NCBI RefSeq assembly: GCF_030684315.1
Contig: NC_081370.1
Span: forward strand, 23,811,078-23,875,077
Reading direction: 5' to 3'
DNA from: Stegostoma tigrinum
Lineage: Eukaryota
DNA length: 64,000 bases
A program made the translations under genes and the position numbers. Below are positions 49,376-62,520 of this stretch, piece after piece. The notes beneath the pieces were generated by a model. That model saw only the letters and a list, made by a program, of their open reading frames with translations. It was not told the origin of the DNA and made no database searches. Numbering within the stretch: position 1 is the stretch's first letter; each line of letters opens with the position of its first letter.

Positions 49376-51902
49376 AGATAACTGGATACTATTGGAGTGC
49401 AAAATATCTCCCTCCTACCCCCTAGCTACATAATTGCAGAAACTTTCAACAAGTACCTTTACCCTAAAACAATCTTGATCGTGATGTTGCTTTAGGATTA
49501 TCTGTCTGAACTCATTTTCAGTCACAACACAAGGTGAAGCTGTTTGTGTTGACTTACAACAGGATCTGCCCAATATTTAGATTCAGACTGGAAATTGCCA
49601 GGTCATAATTGTTATATTGGTGCATTACATAAGACCATCTCAGAATTCACCTTGATCCATAATTGAATGACCTTCACCAGAGCCCTAGTACCAACATGCT
49701 GGAGTTCACCACTGTCCAGAACTGAAATGGACATGTGAGCAGCACATTGATTGGATACTCTATGAATGGTAGTTCTTTTGACTACTCAGTGTTTTCACCA
49801 TTTAAGATATTCAACCTTGGCTCAGTTTCTGAGTCAGAAGATTGAGTTCCTGAAATGTTTTTGATAAAGAAACTCCTATCCCCAATAATCCAATCTTCCA
49901 TGATGCAATGTGTTTATGGTGACAAATATTTCTGATAAACCTAAGACTGAATCTATTTCTTTTGAGTGCTGTGGTGATAAATATACACTCTGAACATGTT
50001 GCTGGCTGAGGGTAGTTCTCTGCAATGCTGTAATGTCCATAGCAACGCCTACAATTTTGCATAAAATTTGTTGGTTTTTTTAATGGCAGTGAAATGACCA
50101 GATCACTCTTGTCAACATAATTTGCATAAGTCTGTTAAGGTGAGAAATATTGTAGACAATAGGAAGAAATTCAGTTGAATTCTGGGTTCTGCCCAAGATG
50201 TGAAATACATTCAAGAAATTGTGGTAACAAAACAGTGTTTGCTGAAACGCAGACTGAGCTCATAGCCTAATTTCAATCCCAGTTTTGATATCCCTTTGGA
50301 GACAAGTTAGAGTTTGGCTTTAAGAACTTTATTCTGTGGATATTGTGTAATGGATCTGTCTGGCAAATAGATCTGGTCCATGCAGTATTCTCACTTGGCA
50401 AGAGTTGGCTACAGGCTGACCTATCAATTATTGAGGTGCCTGTTACTCCTCCATGTTTTTGTACAAAATGGACAACGTAGGAGAGATTTTCGTGGAAGGG
50501 AGAAAGTAAGGATCAAATAATTTGAAATATTACTCATTGCATTTTGTAGCAAACCACTTCAAAATATGTAGAGAGATTTTTCATTTTCAGAACAATAAAC
50601 TATTTATAAAAAACCAGTTATTTACATTGGGATTTTATAGTTCCATTGAACAGATTAAGTACTTTATTAATAGGCTAATGTTTTATGAACAACTCACAAT
50701 GGACACTTCATTGTTTACTTTCGTTATATCCACCCAAATCAGCGCTAGAAATCTGCTTTAAGGTATTAGCTTGATGGAACAGTCTTGCAATAAAGCTGTT
50801 ATCCGATGTAAAGGTGATCATTTACTCCCGAAGACACATCCAGTTCAGCTTACTTCGTGACCATTCCCCTTGCCAAATGTAGTTGGTGTTTGGCAATATA
50901 TCATCACTGAAAAAGGCAGGAAGATCCCCTACAAACATTGTTTCCAAGGTATTCATTTCAGAGCATATATTGGATGCTTTTCTTTCAGAGAGCTAATAGA
51001 TATTTCACATTGGTTTTGAATTTGTGAAAATTCCATTATGTTAAAATAGAAGATACTTTGCAATGTGATGTTCTAAATTCCCCTTTAGGCAACATTACAA
51101 GATTATGTAGAAATACAGCATTTTGATTTTAAATTGAATGTTGAACAGTGACTTTAGACTTAGTGTTTTGATAGCCTTGGCATGTATGATTTTAGTTTGA
51201 TGCATGAAGGACAAAGATAGCTTAAAATGTTTTGAGGAATGTTGAATTGCACATTTAAAAGCTTTCTTACAGTTTTACAGCCAGCATTAGTTCTGCAGCA
51301 GTAATTCTGTGAACGTTGAGGAGCTGGGGGTGGGGTACTCGGGTATCAAATTCAGTATTCTGTATGTTCTAGACCAGGAACCACTTCCTGATAGTTATAC
51401 AACAACAGTACAAAGAATTGTCCTTCTATTACGAATTTATGTCACGGTAAGGCATTTTTTGATAGTTGTGAAGGAGGAGTTAGAAACAGATTCATTAAAG
51501 ATTTAATGGCCTGAGATTATGCCTGTGACCTTTGGTCATCTAACCTAATACCACCTCCTGTTGCTTGGTGTTTTATATTGTTTGAGAATCATCTTATGAG
51601 ATATTTCATTACGTTTTAAGGGCAATTGGAGGTTGAAAGTTAATGCTGATGTAGCCAGCAGTACCCACAACTCTTGAACGCATAAGTACAAGTTGTTGCT
51701 GGGTGATGATGGCAGCAAAACCTTTGGTGTTTGCCATCAGTATATGAAACCGGTGGTAATCTCTGGTATCCTTTGTGAAATACCAGATTTTTCCACTGTA
51801 ATAATTATGTTGTTTTTGTAAATGTAATTTTTTGAAGCTTTGCCTTGGATATTTAATCTTTACCTTCATGCACGTGGGCTGATTTTTTGTTTTCATTTTC
51901 CA

Positions 51903-53175
51903 GGAATACAACACTTAAGAACAGAGGCCGTTCAGCCTTCGAGATCAAGGCTGATCTGGTTATGGTCTCTACTGTCCTTTCTTGACTGCTGCCACCCCCC
52001 ACCTCAAAATATCTCTTCACCGCTTGCATAAATTCACTGACCCAGCCTACGCTCCTTTGGGAAAGAGAATTCCATATACTCCTCACCCTCAGAAAGAAAA
52101 AAGCTCACTTCTGCCTGATGCCTTGTTCTTTAAACTGTGTCCTCTATTTCTTATCTTCCCCCACGAGGAAATATCTTTCCAGTATCTGTGATCAAGTTCC
52201 TTTGGAATCTTGTTTGTTTCAAAGCAATCACCTCTCATTTCTCTAAACTTCACTGAGTAAAGCGTAATTTGTTCATCTTTACTTCATAAAATAAACCCTA
52301 AATCCCACAAATGAGCAGAGTGTTCTCTGACTGCTTCTAATGCAGTTGTATCCTTTCCTTTTAAAGAAAGGAGTCAAAAACTATAGATGGTATTCTAGAT
52401 GCCCTCTCACTGAGGCTTATACATCTGTAATAGAGCTTTCCTAGTTTGTTTTATTCCTGTTGCAATAATTATCAACCTTCTACTTGCCTCCTGAACACTT
52501 GCTATACCTGCATCCTAATTTTCATTATTATTGTATCAGAATGTGCTAAGTACCATGAGTTCTGAAATTTGCCACCATTTTAATAATAATTTGCTTTTCT
52601 GTTCTTGTCAAAGTGGACAAGTTCACATTTTCTAATATGATATTTAACCCATATTGTTGTATCAGGAAATTTAGCTGCTGCACGTGGGCCCTCTGTTTCA
52701 AGTAATTGATACAGATTGTAACTACTTAAGGACTGATCCCTCGAGCACTTTTTTGTTAAAGCTGGCAAACTGCCTTATGTAGGCACTTTATCCATCATCT
52801 TTTTGTAATTGACGTGTGGCACATCCACACATTTTTGGCAATCCACTTGTTTGCCAAAGTCTCTCAAATTATTTATTATTTCCCTTTCATGAGTTCATGT
52901 TGACTCTGCCTGATCCCATTTTGATTTTATATATCTTGCTATAATGTCTTCTGTAATGGATTCTAGCAATTCTCGCTCATTGCTTTTTAATTTAGATTTA
53001 ACAATATTCTCAGACTCTTTTTTTCTTTTAAAAAGGGAGAAGTATATGATAGTCAATTGTGTTAAGTTCACTATTCTCTAGATGTTCCCTTACCATTCCA
53101 TGACTTGTTCATTCTACTTCATGGCACAACATCAGTTCAAAAATAGCTTGCTCCCTGGTTGGCTTCAGAATCTAC
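51903..53175 (-). mobile_element. Old CR1 fragments
   Basis: CR1 3' end (agaggccgttcagcc); antisense IWNSLSQR, KCELVHF and KFPDTT. Confidence 0.7.
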
Positions 53176-54554
53176 TGCTCTTTTTTTTCATGTCTCTGGT
53201 AAATGATTAAAAAGAGAAGGATGTCCAGTAGATTTTATTTACTGGTTTGCTGTCACATTTTTCTTCAATGTGACTTGCTGCTTCATGACACCATTGTTAG
53301 GCAACAAAGATTCTGCTACATCTGATAACGCAATGAAATTAGTATTGCGAAAGCCCACACCACCCAGATTGCTAGATCTTTGTGGAGAGCTTGGTTACGA
53401 TCAGTGACAAGTGGCATCGCTTTGTGGGCTGTAACATTTGGGTCAATATAACCTATTATTACATTTTTAACTTTGAGTGATGTTAATCATCAGAATTCAT
53501 AGGCAGCTTCTGATTTCTTAATATGCCAGATGAGCACAGGTCAGCTGCTAGAAAAAGGAATATCTCTCATCTAATACAGTCTTCTGATATCAAAATGCAT
53601 ATTTGGAGCTAAGGTAGCTGGGCTATTTTCCTTTCTTTTCTCAATTTCTTCTCCATGCAGATGAGGCAATACAGAAAGGACCATAGTTCCAGGAGTCTTC
53701 AACACTGACAATAGATATCGCAAGGCCTCATAGCATCAGATCAAACATCAACATGCTAAATCACTTACTAATTGCTACCTATCTTCCCTCAGCTAGCAAA
53801 TACAGCTTGGAAGAAGCACGCAGGGTGGCAAGGGCACAAAGTATTTTCAGTGCTGAGTTTTGAAGACACCACCTAAAGAGGCTCAGTAGCACTGACTGGC
53901 TTGTTTAAGGATATATCCACTGGGTTGCACCTTTGACGCGAAATAAGAGAACCAACGGAATGGAAAATGCTAGCAGACTTTGTCCTCCATCTAACTGTTA
54001 TAGATGCCTCCTTCAGAGTAAGACCACACTGTAACCTCTGCAGTCCTTGAATGGGGTCAAGTTATTTCAGATCTTGGGAATTTTATGGATCATATAATGG
54101 CATTAGAATGCTGAACCACTAATGAACTGGAAAGCACAGATGTAAATATTTACCTGAAGCCTAAAAAGGTGATAAACATTATAAAGCAGGAACAAAAAAT
54201 CTTTGGATAAGTATCTTCCATGTTTCCACTCCCAAAACAAATCGTAAAATGTTGCTGACAATGTTGAAGATCTGCGCTGTCAATGTTCAAACAACTAGTG
54301 TTTCCAAACAATGGATTTCTGAACTGGGGAGTAGTGAACAGTACAATCCATGAGTCAGTCTATACACTTAAGTTACTCTTGTGCTATGGTGCAATATTAC
54401 TGTGCTAAGTGGAATAGATTCACAGTAAACCCAGCACTTCAAAACCACTGTGCATCCATGTGACACTGGAAACAATTAGCAGCAGAATTGTTCAAACACA
54501 GTCTCTAATCTCATGGCCTGCCATATCCATTGCTCTTTTATTACTATCAAGTTT

Positions 54555-55380
54555 GGGAACCAAACCTGGTTCAGTGTAGAGCATACAAGAGGATGCCAGG
54601 AGCAGCACTAGACATGCATTAAAAATAAAGTTTCAGCCTAATACACCTTTCAACACAGGATTACTTACTTGTGCCCCACAAATGCCAGGTAATGACCATC
54701 TCCAGCAAGAATGATTCTTGTAATTCATCTTGACATTCTGTGGTATTGGCTTGGCTGAGTCCCTCACCGTTAACACCCTGTTGCTTACTATTGACCATGT
54801 ATCCAGAATATGAATAGTGTATTTTGAACGCAAGTTGAAGCAAGAGGATTCAACAATGGCTTGACTTTGTAAAATCTGTCCGATATCAAGACACAAGTTA
54901 GGAGTTTGGTGGAAAACTCTCTGCTTTTCTACATAGTGCGTTTCTCTCAGTACTCAAGAAGTTCAGCACCATCCAGGATGCGGCAGTCTGCTCGACTAGC
55001 GTCCATTCACCACTTTAACAGCAATTCCCTCTGCCATTGACCGATTTTGTGGCAGCTGTGTCTACCATCTTGAGTAGCACTGCAGCAGTTCACCACAGGC
55101 TGTTTCGACAGCAACATGCAAACTTAGCCACTCTGCTACTAGGAAGGACAAAAACAGCTGATGGGTGGGAACACCACCCCCCACAGGTTCCTTTCCAAGT
55201 CATTAACGTAAATGACTTGGAAAGTTATTGCAGTTTCTTCACTATTGAAGTGTCAAAAACCTGGAACTTCTCGTAACAGCGCAGCAGAACTGTACCAGTG
55301 AAGGACTACATTAGTTTAAGATAGTGGAGCTATTGTGGATGGGCAACAGATGCTGGCCTTTTGAGTGAAGCTTGATTCAG
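54555..55380 (+). mobile_element. Degenerate CR1/L2-group LINE (rearranged; RT C-terminus and 3' end)
   Basis: NQTWF...CQEQH; LKKFSTIQDAA; AAVSTI; tail gatgggcaacagatgctggcc, with related minus-strand tails at ~16705-16780 and ~47800-47870. Confidence 0.65.
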
Positions 55381-55499
55381 ATGATCAAACAAATTTAAAG
55401 AATCTTAATGAGTTTTAAAAAGTTATTTGACCATGAAATATCTCTCAGCTGACGCTGTTGTTGCCCACTGTCCTGGAATGCACTGTTGTAGCTACATTT

Positions 55500-55850
55500 A
55501 CAGAATTTATAGTACCGCAGAAGGCCATTTTGGCCCATTTGAATCTGAACCAGCTCCAAAAGCTAGGCTGATTCTGTAGCCCCATCAAGGTAGCTCTGTA
55601 AATTTATCAGTTTCAAATATAAATCTAGTTCTCTTTTGAAATCTTTATATGGAATCGGATTCCGGCACTTTCTCAGTCAGCGTATTTAAAATCCTAACAC
55701 ATCTGAAGTTTCTTCTTATTTCACTTGTAGCTCACTGACAATCTTCAAGTTACGACCCATAGTTACTAGCGTACCAACTAGTGGAAACAGAATATTCTTC
55801 TTTACCCTGTCAATTGTTTATAATTTTGAACTTCTCAATAAGCACAACTC
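55500..55850 (-). mobile_element. Old CR1 3' end
   Basis: cagaaggccattttggcccatttgaatctg 3' UTR motif. Confidence 0.6.
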
Positions 55851-55859
55851 AATTTTAAA

Positions 55860-55995
55860 TAAAAACTGAAAGAACTGCAGATGCTGGAAATCTGGAACAA
55901 AAACAGAAATTGCTGGAAAAGCTGAGCAGATCTGTCAGCATCTGTGGAGAGAAGCCAGAGTTAACCTTTTGGGCTCAGTGACCCTTCCTCAGAAC
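55860..55995 (-). mobile_element. Solo older Neptune pLTR
   Basis: gaactgcagatgctggaaatctgg...gacccttcctcagaac; ends just past the HHR core. Confidence 0.8.
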
Positions 55996-56767
55996 CCTTG
56001 ATCTTCGCTACTTTATCTTTGCTGCAAGGACAATAAGCCTAATTTCTGTCCTTGTCTTTCCTTGCCTCTAAAATCCCTGATGCTGGTAAATCATTCTAGT
56101 AAGTCTCCTTCGCATTAACTAAACTGATTTCCTTCCTCTCTCCTCCATGCCTGCAAAGCATTGCAGAGGTAATCTCCTCTGTAGTGTGCTGTGTTCCTTT
56201 GGACATCAGCTGAAATGGCCTGCTCAAAATATTGCTGAACCAATGCATAAAGCACATTTCTTGTCCGTATACTTGCTTAAAAGTATATCTGTCAAAATTT
56301 CACAGTGACTCTGTGCTCCACCAGAGAGACAGTCGAGGAATAGGAAAGTGCTACAATTGAAATTTTAATTGGTATATTCTTGAATTCTAATTTCCAGCAG
56401 CAGTCTTCACATTTTCTGACAATAAATGATCAGTTGTTGCTGGAAAGTGAATAATATTGCAATTAACAAAATAAATCTTGCTTCAAAGAGGTTAATTGTA
56501 AATTGAATGCTAAATACAGTGGAAGTAGATGCCTGAAATTAAAACAAAAAAAAGATAAAATACTCCAGCTTGGCATCAGTTTGAATGATCACGATCTGAA
56601 ATGACTTCCATTTCAACTTCTGCAGGTGCTACCTGACTTGAAAGTATTTCCAGTATCTTTTGTTTTAAAATCTAAGTTGAATCTCTGTTTATTCCATTGA
56701 GTATTTACATGTTTTAGTCTGTAATTGAAACTTGCAACGTGCATTTAACAAAGCAGGTTCTAGTTTC

Positions 56768-56886
56768 GGGTCTCGACCTGAAACGTCAAACTTTTCTGCT
56801 CCTCTGGTGCTGCTTGGCCTGCTGTGTTCATCCAGCTTTACACCGTGTTATCTCAGATTCTCCAGAATCGGCAGTTCCTACTATCA
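56768..56886 (+). mobile_element. Solo Neptune pLTR with tail
   Basis: Exact 14-bp TSD caggttctagtttc at 56754-56767 and 56887-56900; starts within HHR stem II. Confidence 0.9.
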
Positions 56887-57357
56887 CAGGTTCTAGTTTC
56901 ATCCTGTTGAATAGCATTTTTACATCATTCGGTTGTGTGGGGTTGAAAACAATATTCTTGTGATTGGTGTAGTGCTATGTAGACAAAGAACATTCTTGAC
57001 TTCACTAATGCTAGGTGTACTGATGTTAGCTGTGGAACGGGGACTTGTTGATGGGTCAATGTGATGTGATTTGGGCAATTACTACAGCTTTCTTACTGGC
57101 CTTAGGCGAGGGAAAAAGAGAATTATCATGCTCTTAATCATGATTCACTCCTGAAATCTGCACCTGGCAAGGACAAGATCAGACTTGAGTGCAGTGCTTT
57201 TCATTGGTGAATAACTCTGTGACAGTCAATATAATTTCATACAATTTGACTGAAGTGCCAATGATGGGAGGAAATGGGGAAGTCCCACCTCATTGAGGTG
57301 GGAAAAATATACATGCAGGTACTTGTATCATATATAGATAAGATGAAATGAGGTAAT

Positions 57358-57497
57358 TGATGTGGAGGTGCTGGTGTTGACTGGGGTGGACAAAGTCAAA
57401 AATCTCAACACCAGTTTATAGTCCAACAGGTTTATTTGCAATCACACGCTTTCGGAGCACAGCCCCTTCGTCAGGTGTCTAGTGACGTTTGACTTTG
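57358..57497 (-). mobile_element. Short PLE pLTR (third family)
   Basis: Matches 5755-5865; the minus strand has CTGACGAAGGGGCTGTGCTCCGAAAGCG (57447-57474). Confidence 0.75.
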
Positions 57498-57674
57498 AGA
57501 TGATTGAAAATGTTTCACTCATCATCATCTCCTCCCTCCTCCCTCCTCCATCATCAACACATTCACAAAAGTTAATTAACTTGCCCTTTCTATTATTCTG
57601 GTTTTACATGTCTTTTTTTGTCTCTCCTCCTCTTCCCGCACCCCCCCCCCATTAAGAATATATGTATATATGAT

Positions 57675-57779
57675 TTCTGAAGACGGACCCTGTTCCTCTG
57701 ATGCTACCTGGCCTGCTGTGCTCCTCCAGCTCCACGCTGTTATCTCTCTGACTCCAGCATCGGCAGTTCTTAGAATCTC
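57675..57779 (+). mobile_element. Solo older Neptune pLTR
   Basis: tctgaaga...gatgctacctggcctgctgtgctcctccagc...cagcatcggcagttc; flanked by tgtatatat. Confidence 0.7.
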
Positions 57780-57809
57780 TGTATATATTTCCTGTTCATC
57801 TGTTTCCTT

Positions 57810-58200
57810 GTAGGGGTAGGAGATTTAGTCTATCATTCAACAAGATCTGGTTAGTCTGTGACTTAGCTGCAATGCTTACCTTTGCCCCATACCCTTTTTA
57901 ATACCTGTGGTTAACAAAAAATTGTCAGTTTCAGACACTAAATTAACTGCTATTCGCAGAAGAGTTTGAAATCTCTAACAAGAATTGTAGAAGTAGTTTC
58001 GAATTTCACCCCGGAAGGTCTGGCTTAATTCTGAGATTCTGCCTTGTCCTAATCAACATAATTAGGTAACCTGCAAGAATCTATCTGTTCCCTAAAGGGG
58101 TGATTTCATAAGAATATAACTTCTTAAAATGGAGTGAAAAGAATAGTGCAATCTTGGAGTCCTCCCTCATGTTTTATTCCTTGATTTTCAGGCATTTTCT
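57810..58200 (-). mobile_element. Old CR1 3' fragment
   Basis: gtaggagatttagtctatcattcaacaagatc 3' UTR-like sequence. Confidence 0.45.
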
Positions 58201-58769
58201 TCCTTCATTTTCTTTTGTCTTTAATCTCAGCAAGTCGCATCTGACAGTGCCTTCTAACCCACAACTTGTAAAATGAATGGGATAATCAACTACAAATTCC
58301 TGTTTTGGGACAATATCACTGTTGCTCAGTCAAATTAACTTTCTGCTTGTTTCACTGCAGTGCCCTGTGCAAAAATGTACTGGTATTCTGTGCTTTACCA
58401 ATTCAAATTTTGAGCTTCTGTACATTTATAATCTGAAATAGCTTGTTTAAGTCACCAATTGAAACTTTTTAGTCATTTGTGGGAGTGCTGTTAAATGTGA
58501 AGCATTTCTTATGTCATTTCAGAACCCAATTAACATCGATTGTGCCGGACAGTTTCAAAACAAACTAGACTTTGAAATAAGCATATCGACTGATCTAGTC
58601 TGTTATTTGTAAATAAGTATTAGTGAAAAGAAAAACTTCTTAATTTATCAATGCCTCTTTGCAACATTTAAGTGAAGTGACAAAACTAGCAGTTTAACAT
58701 GGGAATAATGAATAGTTTGTATTTGTTTTTGAATAATAAGAAACTTGGAGCTGTGGGTGCACTGATTTT

Positions 58770-59405
58770 TAAGGACGGAATAGGTAGAAATCACTGAAAA
58801 TTAGTGGTAGAGAGAAAGCTACTTTTAAAATGCGAATGAAATGATCAAGTATGTCTCGGGAGCAGGAATATAAAGAGTATAAATATAAAGGTATATGGCA
58901 GTTAAATACACTTCTAGTTCTGCCCCATCTGAAGCACTGTTCAGTTCTAGGTACCATATCTCAGGAAGGAAGGTATAGGATACCATAGCCAACCAGGTTA
59001 AGTTTATGATAACAGATTCCATCCGCTGTTCATTCTTGTGTAGAGGCGATTATAGGAACCAATAAAATCCCTTAAGATGATTAGAGAATTTATAATGGTT
59101 GACAGAATCTTTTCCCTTGGTAGGAGAGTTCAGAACAAACAAGCAGATCCTTAAAATTAAAGCTAAGCCGTTTAGGGTGATGTTATGAATCACGTCTTCA
59201 TTCAAAGTATAATGTAAATCTGACACACTCTTCTCCAAAAGGCTGCTGAGGCTTGGCCAACTAGAAAAATGACATTTTGATCTCTTTGTGAGGCAAGGTT
59301 ATCCCAGGGATACAGAGCTAAGGCACGTAGATCAAATTAAAGTATAAATTGACTATGATCTAATTGAATTGGAGCAAGCTGTAAGGATCACTCTTGTTTT
59401 TATGT
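58770..59405 (+). mobile_element. Old CR1 3' fragment
   Basis: VLPHLKHCSVL..YLRK, then gatctaattgaattggagcaagct 3' end. Confidence 0.65.
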
Positions 59406-59892
59406 TAAAAAAGAATATTGGAATAAACCAAGTGTTTTTGAAAGAGAGCACTTATGATCCTTGCAGAGGTCAATCTTTGTTAAGAAAGATAAAGTTCCCA
59501 GAGGACCAATGGAAATAGCCAAAAATCAATATTTCAGGTTTCAACACCTTTTTTGCTTGAATAAAAGTTAAATCAAATGTTACTTAACAGGCAACCAATA
59601 CAAAAAACACAAGAACAGTTACTCTCGCATTAACTAGGACAATTGAGATAATTTGTGCAATGCTTTCGTTGCGCCATGAATTTCAGGCGCTAAGGTCTAG
59701 GCCAAAGTACTTCCAATTTTCCAGCAGGCTCATTTCCCCATGCCACACCAAGTTGAATTTAACTGATGGTCAATTTTGTACAAGGTAATAAACCAGAAGG
59801 GTTAATGTTGGAGATGGGATGGAGCTCAATGCAATCTGATGATACTATATAGCCATTCACCTCCATCTCACCAGTCTCCCTTTGAAACCGTG

Positions 59893-59918
59893 CCCCCCCC
59901 CCCCCCCCCCCCCCCCCC
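59893..59918. repeat. Poly-C tract (26 nt)
   Basis: Read directly. Confidence 0.9.
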
Positions 59919-61596
59919 ACTTGGTTGACATCCATTGTATATGTGCCAAGACTTAATCTCTAGGATACCCATTCTTATCCTTTTTGTTTTTGTATCTCTC
60001 TTTCCCTTTAGACAGTCCTGAAAACCTTGTTTCTCCATAAATTTTTGGCTGTCTGCTCTAATGTGACATGGTTTGGAGTCAAGTTTTGTGAATGCTTCTT
60101 CAAAAACTTTACTTGCTACATTGAAAACATGATATAAATTGATGTTATTGTCCATTTTCATATCTCCATGAAGCAGTATCCATCAAATATGCCTTAGTGT
60201 TTGGATTTCAAACCAGATGAGCATCTCTTAGATGGAACTTTTGAATTATGGGAATATCTTTGAAAAATGCCTTGATCATGTATGCAGTGATGCTGATCAC
60301 TCAAAAGTAATAATGCACGTTGAAGTTACCAGTGACTCTGACTTGCTGTCTGATTGTATTGATTCTTGTAGGACAACAGTGATTATACTTCAAAAGTATT
60401 TCATTGGTTGCAAAATGTTTTGAGATCTTCAGGTTGTGAAATATCTGACAGAAATTGATTATTTTCATATATAATCTGAAATAATGGTTTAAAGGTCCAC
60501 TGCCAATTTTTATGCTCCATGAACAGAAGTAGGCCAGCTTTAAGAATCTGGTCTGCTTTTTAATTTGATCATGGCTGATGTACATCTCCATTTCATTTGC
60601 TTACTTCATATTCCTTGATGGCCCTCTAAATGGTATATGACCAGTTAATTATGAAGGGATATTGTAAGTCAAATTTGTTTCGTTGCTGCATGCTCAAAGC
60701 CAGGAATAGTGACATAAGCTTGAATGAGTGCAGAAGTATTATTTGGTATGGCAGTTAATTTGAACATCAGCGTTTCAGAAGTTTTTGTTTTGGTTAATTG
60801 ACAATAACTGCAGCTTTGTTTTCATTTAAAATAGTTGGAAAACTGGCAGTGTTGGATGGGTTGCTGACTGTTATTTTCTTTGAAAGCTGGGATGGTCAGC
60901 AGTAAGTGGTTTACATATTTACAGGCATATGTTCTTACTGCTGTACTGATGGAGAGCAGATTGGATACTAAAACAGGAATATTCTTCTCTTGCTATTACA
61001 CATTACAAATGAAATAGATTTTGAACAGACTGTCTGTCTGTATCTGCTGACCTTTAACATGCATTGTGTTTGCTTATGTTACATTCATCAGCATCTGCCC
61101 TTTAAAGAGAGCAATATTTACATTTTAAAAAATATATTCCTTTTGTCTCAAATATTCACTAAATGTAACATTTAGTGCATTTAATCCATGGTTGAGTGAA
61201 ATCTATGGCCTCGTAAGTAATCACATGATAGGCTGTGGTTCTGGAGTTACAGGACAGAAAGAAGGTAATTATGTCTGAAAGGACTATTCTAACATATTTT
61301 GGAGTTAAATGATACGAGTTGCTAATGTTGAACGTGACTGAAATGGTTTAAATACATAAGGGTAGAGCTCCTGTGTTGGATACAATTGGAAAATTGTCAT
61401 TGAAATTTATTAGGTTGCTGTTCATGTTTCTTATGTAACGTAGACTAACAATATAAAATTGTGCATCAGCTCAATCAGACAATGCAATTGAGCATCAGAG
61501 ATAATGGGAACTGCAGATGCTGGAGATTCCAAGATAATAAAATGTGAGGCTGGATGAACATAGCAGGCCAAGCAGCATCTCAGGAGCACAAAAGCT

Positions 61597-61624
61597 GACG
61601 TTTCGGGCCTAGACCCTTCATCAG
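61597..61624 (-). ncRNA. Minimal hammerhead ribozyme motif
   Basis: Minus strand reads CTGATGAAGGGTCTAGGCCCGAAACGTC. Confidence 0.72.
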
Positions 61625-61630
61625 AGAGCT

Positions 61631-61658
61631 CTGATGAAGGGTCTAGGCCCGAAACGTC
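61631..61658 (+). ncRNA. Minimal hammerhead ribozyme motif
   Basis: CTGATGAAGGGTCTAGGCCCGAAACGTC. Confidence 0.72.
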
Positions 61659-62520
61659 AGCTTTTGTGCTCCTGAGATGCTGCTTGGCCTGCTGTGTTCA
61701 TCCAGCCTCACAATGCAATTGAGCATAATTGTTTTCTATTTCATGGCATTAAAAATACTTATTGATATATTTGTGGTCACCCAGTGCAGTTCTATTAGTA
61801 CAGCTGAAAATGATTAAACTGTTTTTTAAGTTATTGAAATTTACTGAAAAAAACAGTACTGATCAACCTGTTGGTCTTATTGGTGTACGCTATTTAATTC
61901 CTAATTTTCCAGCAACACCTCTTTTAAACAGTTAAACTTGTAAACTAGCATCTCATTTCTTTTTGGAAATGAGCTTGATTTGAAGTTCTTGAACTTAATT
62001 ATATTGCACCTTCCAAGTGTTTAAATATCCCAAGATGCATCAAAGTGTCCACTATTGATGGACACTTACCATCCTCGTTTTTTTTTTCAATTTATTGGGG
62101 GCTGGCCAGTTTCATTAGGTGAAAAGCTCTGGCACTTAATGAATTTCAGGAAGGGTCCAATTTGTGGTTACGAATTTGTTTTATTAAACGTCTTGTTTTG
62201 GTGACCTGATTTGTGCTTCGTGATCATAGTACTTTCTATTTTCATCTTTTGCTCAAATGTTTCCTGATTTGGCCATCAACTATTATCTTCAAATTTCACT
62301 GTTTTTATATGCCATTATAAGTGATTGGAATTCTTCTTGTGCCTAGTCTTTGGAATTCTGCTTCAAAACCAGGAAGTCTACACATCCGTGTCAATTTGCA
62401 TCTGTAAAAATTTAGTGCAGCCGTTAATTCATTAGAAGGCTTCTTTGTATCTTGGTGCCTTTTTCCGTGAAATGTCCCAAAAGATTGCTTGCATCCCATG
62501 TCGTCTAATGTGCAGGTTTG

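Larger units (their letters stand above)
61496..61712. mobile_element. Near-perfect palindromic Neptune pLTR insertion
   Basis: 84-bp arms 61543-61626 and 61629-61712 with one mismatch; 17-bp TSD acaatgcaattgagcat at 61479-61495 and 61710-61726. Confidence 0.95.
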
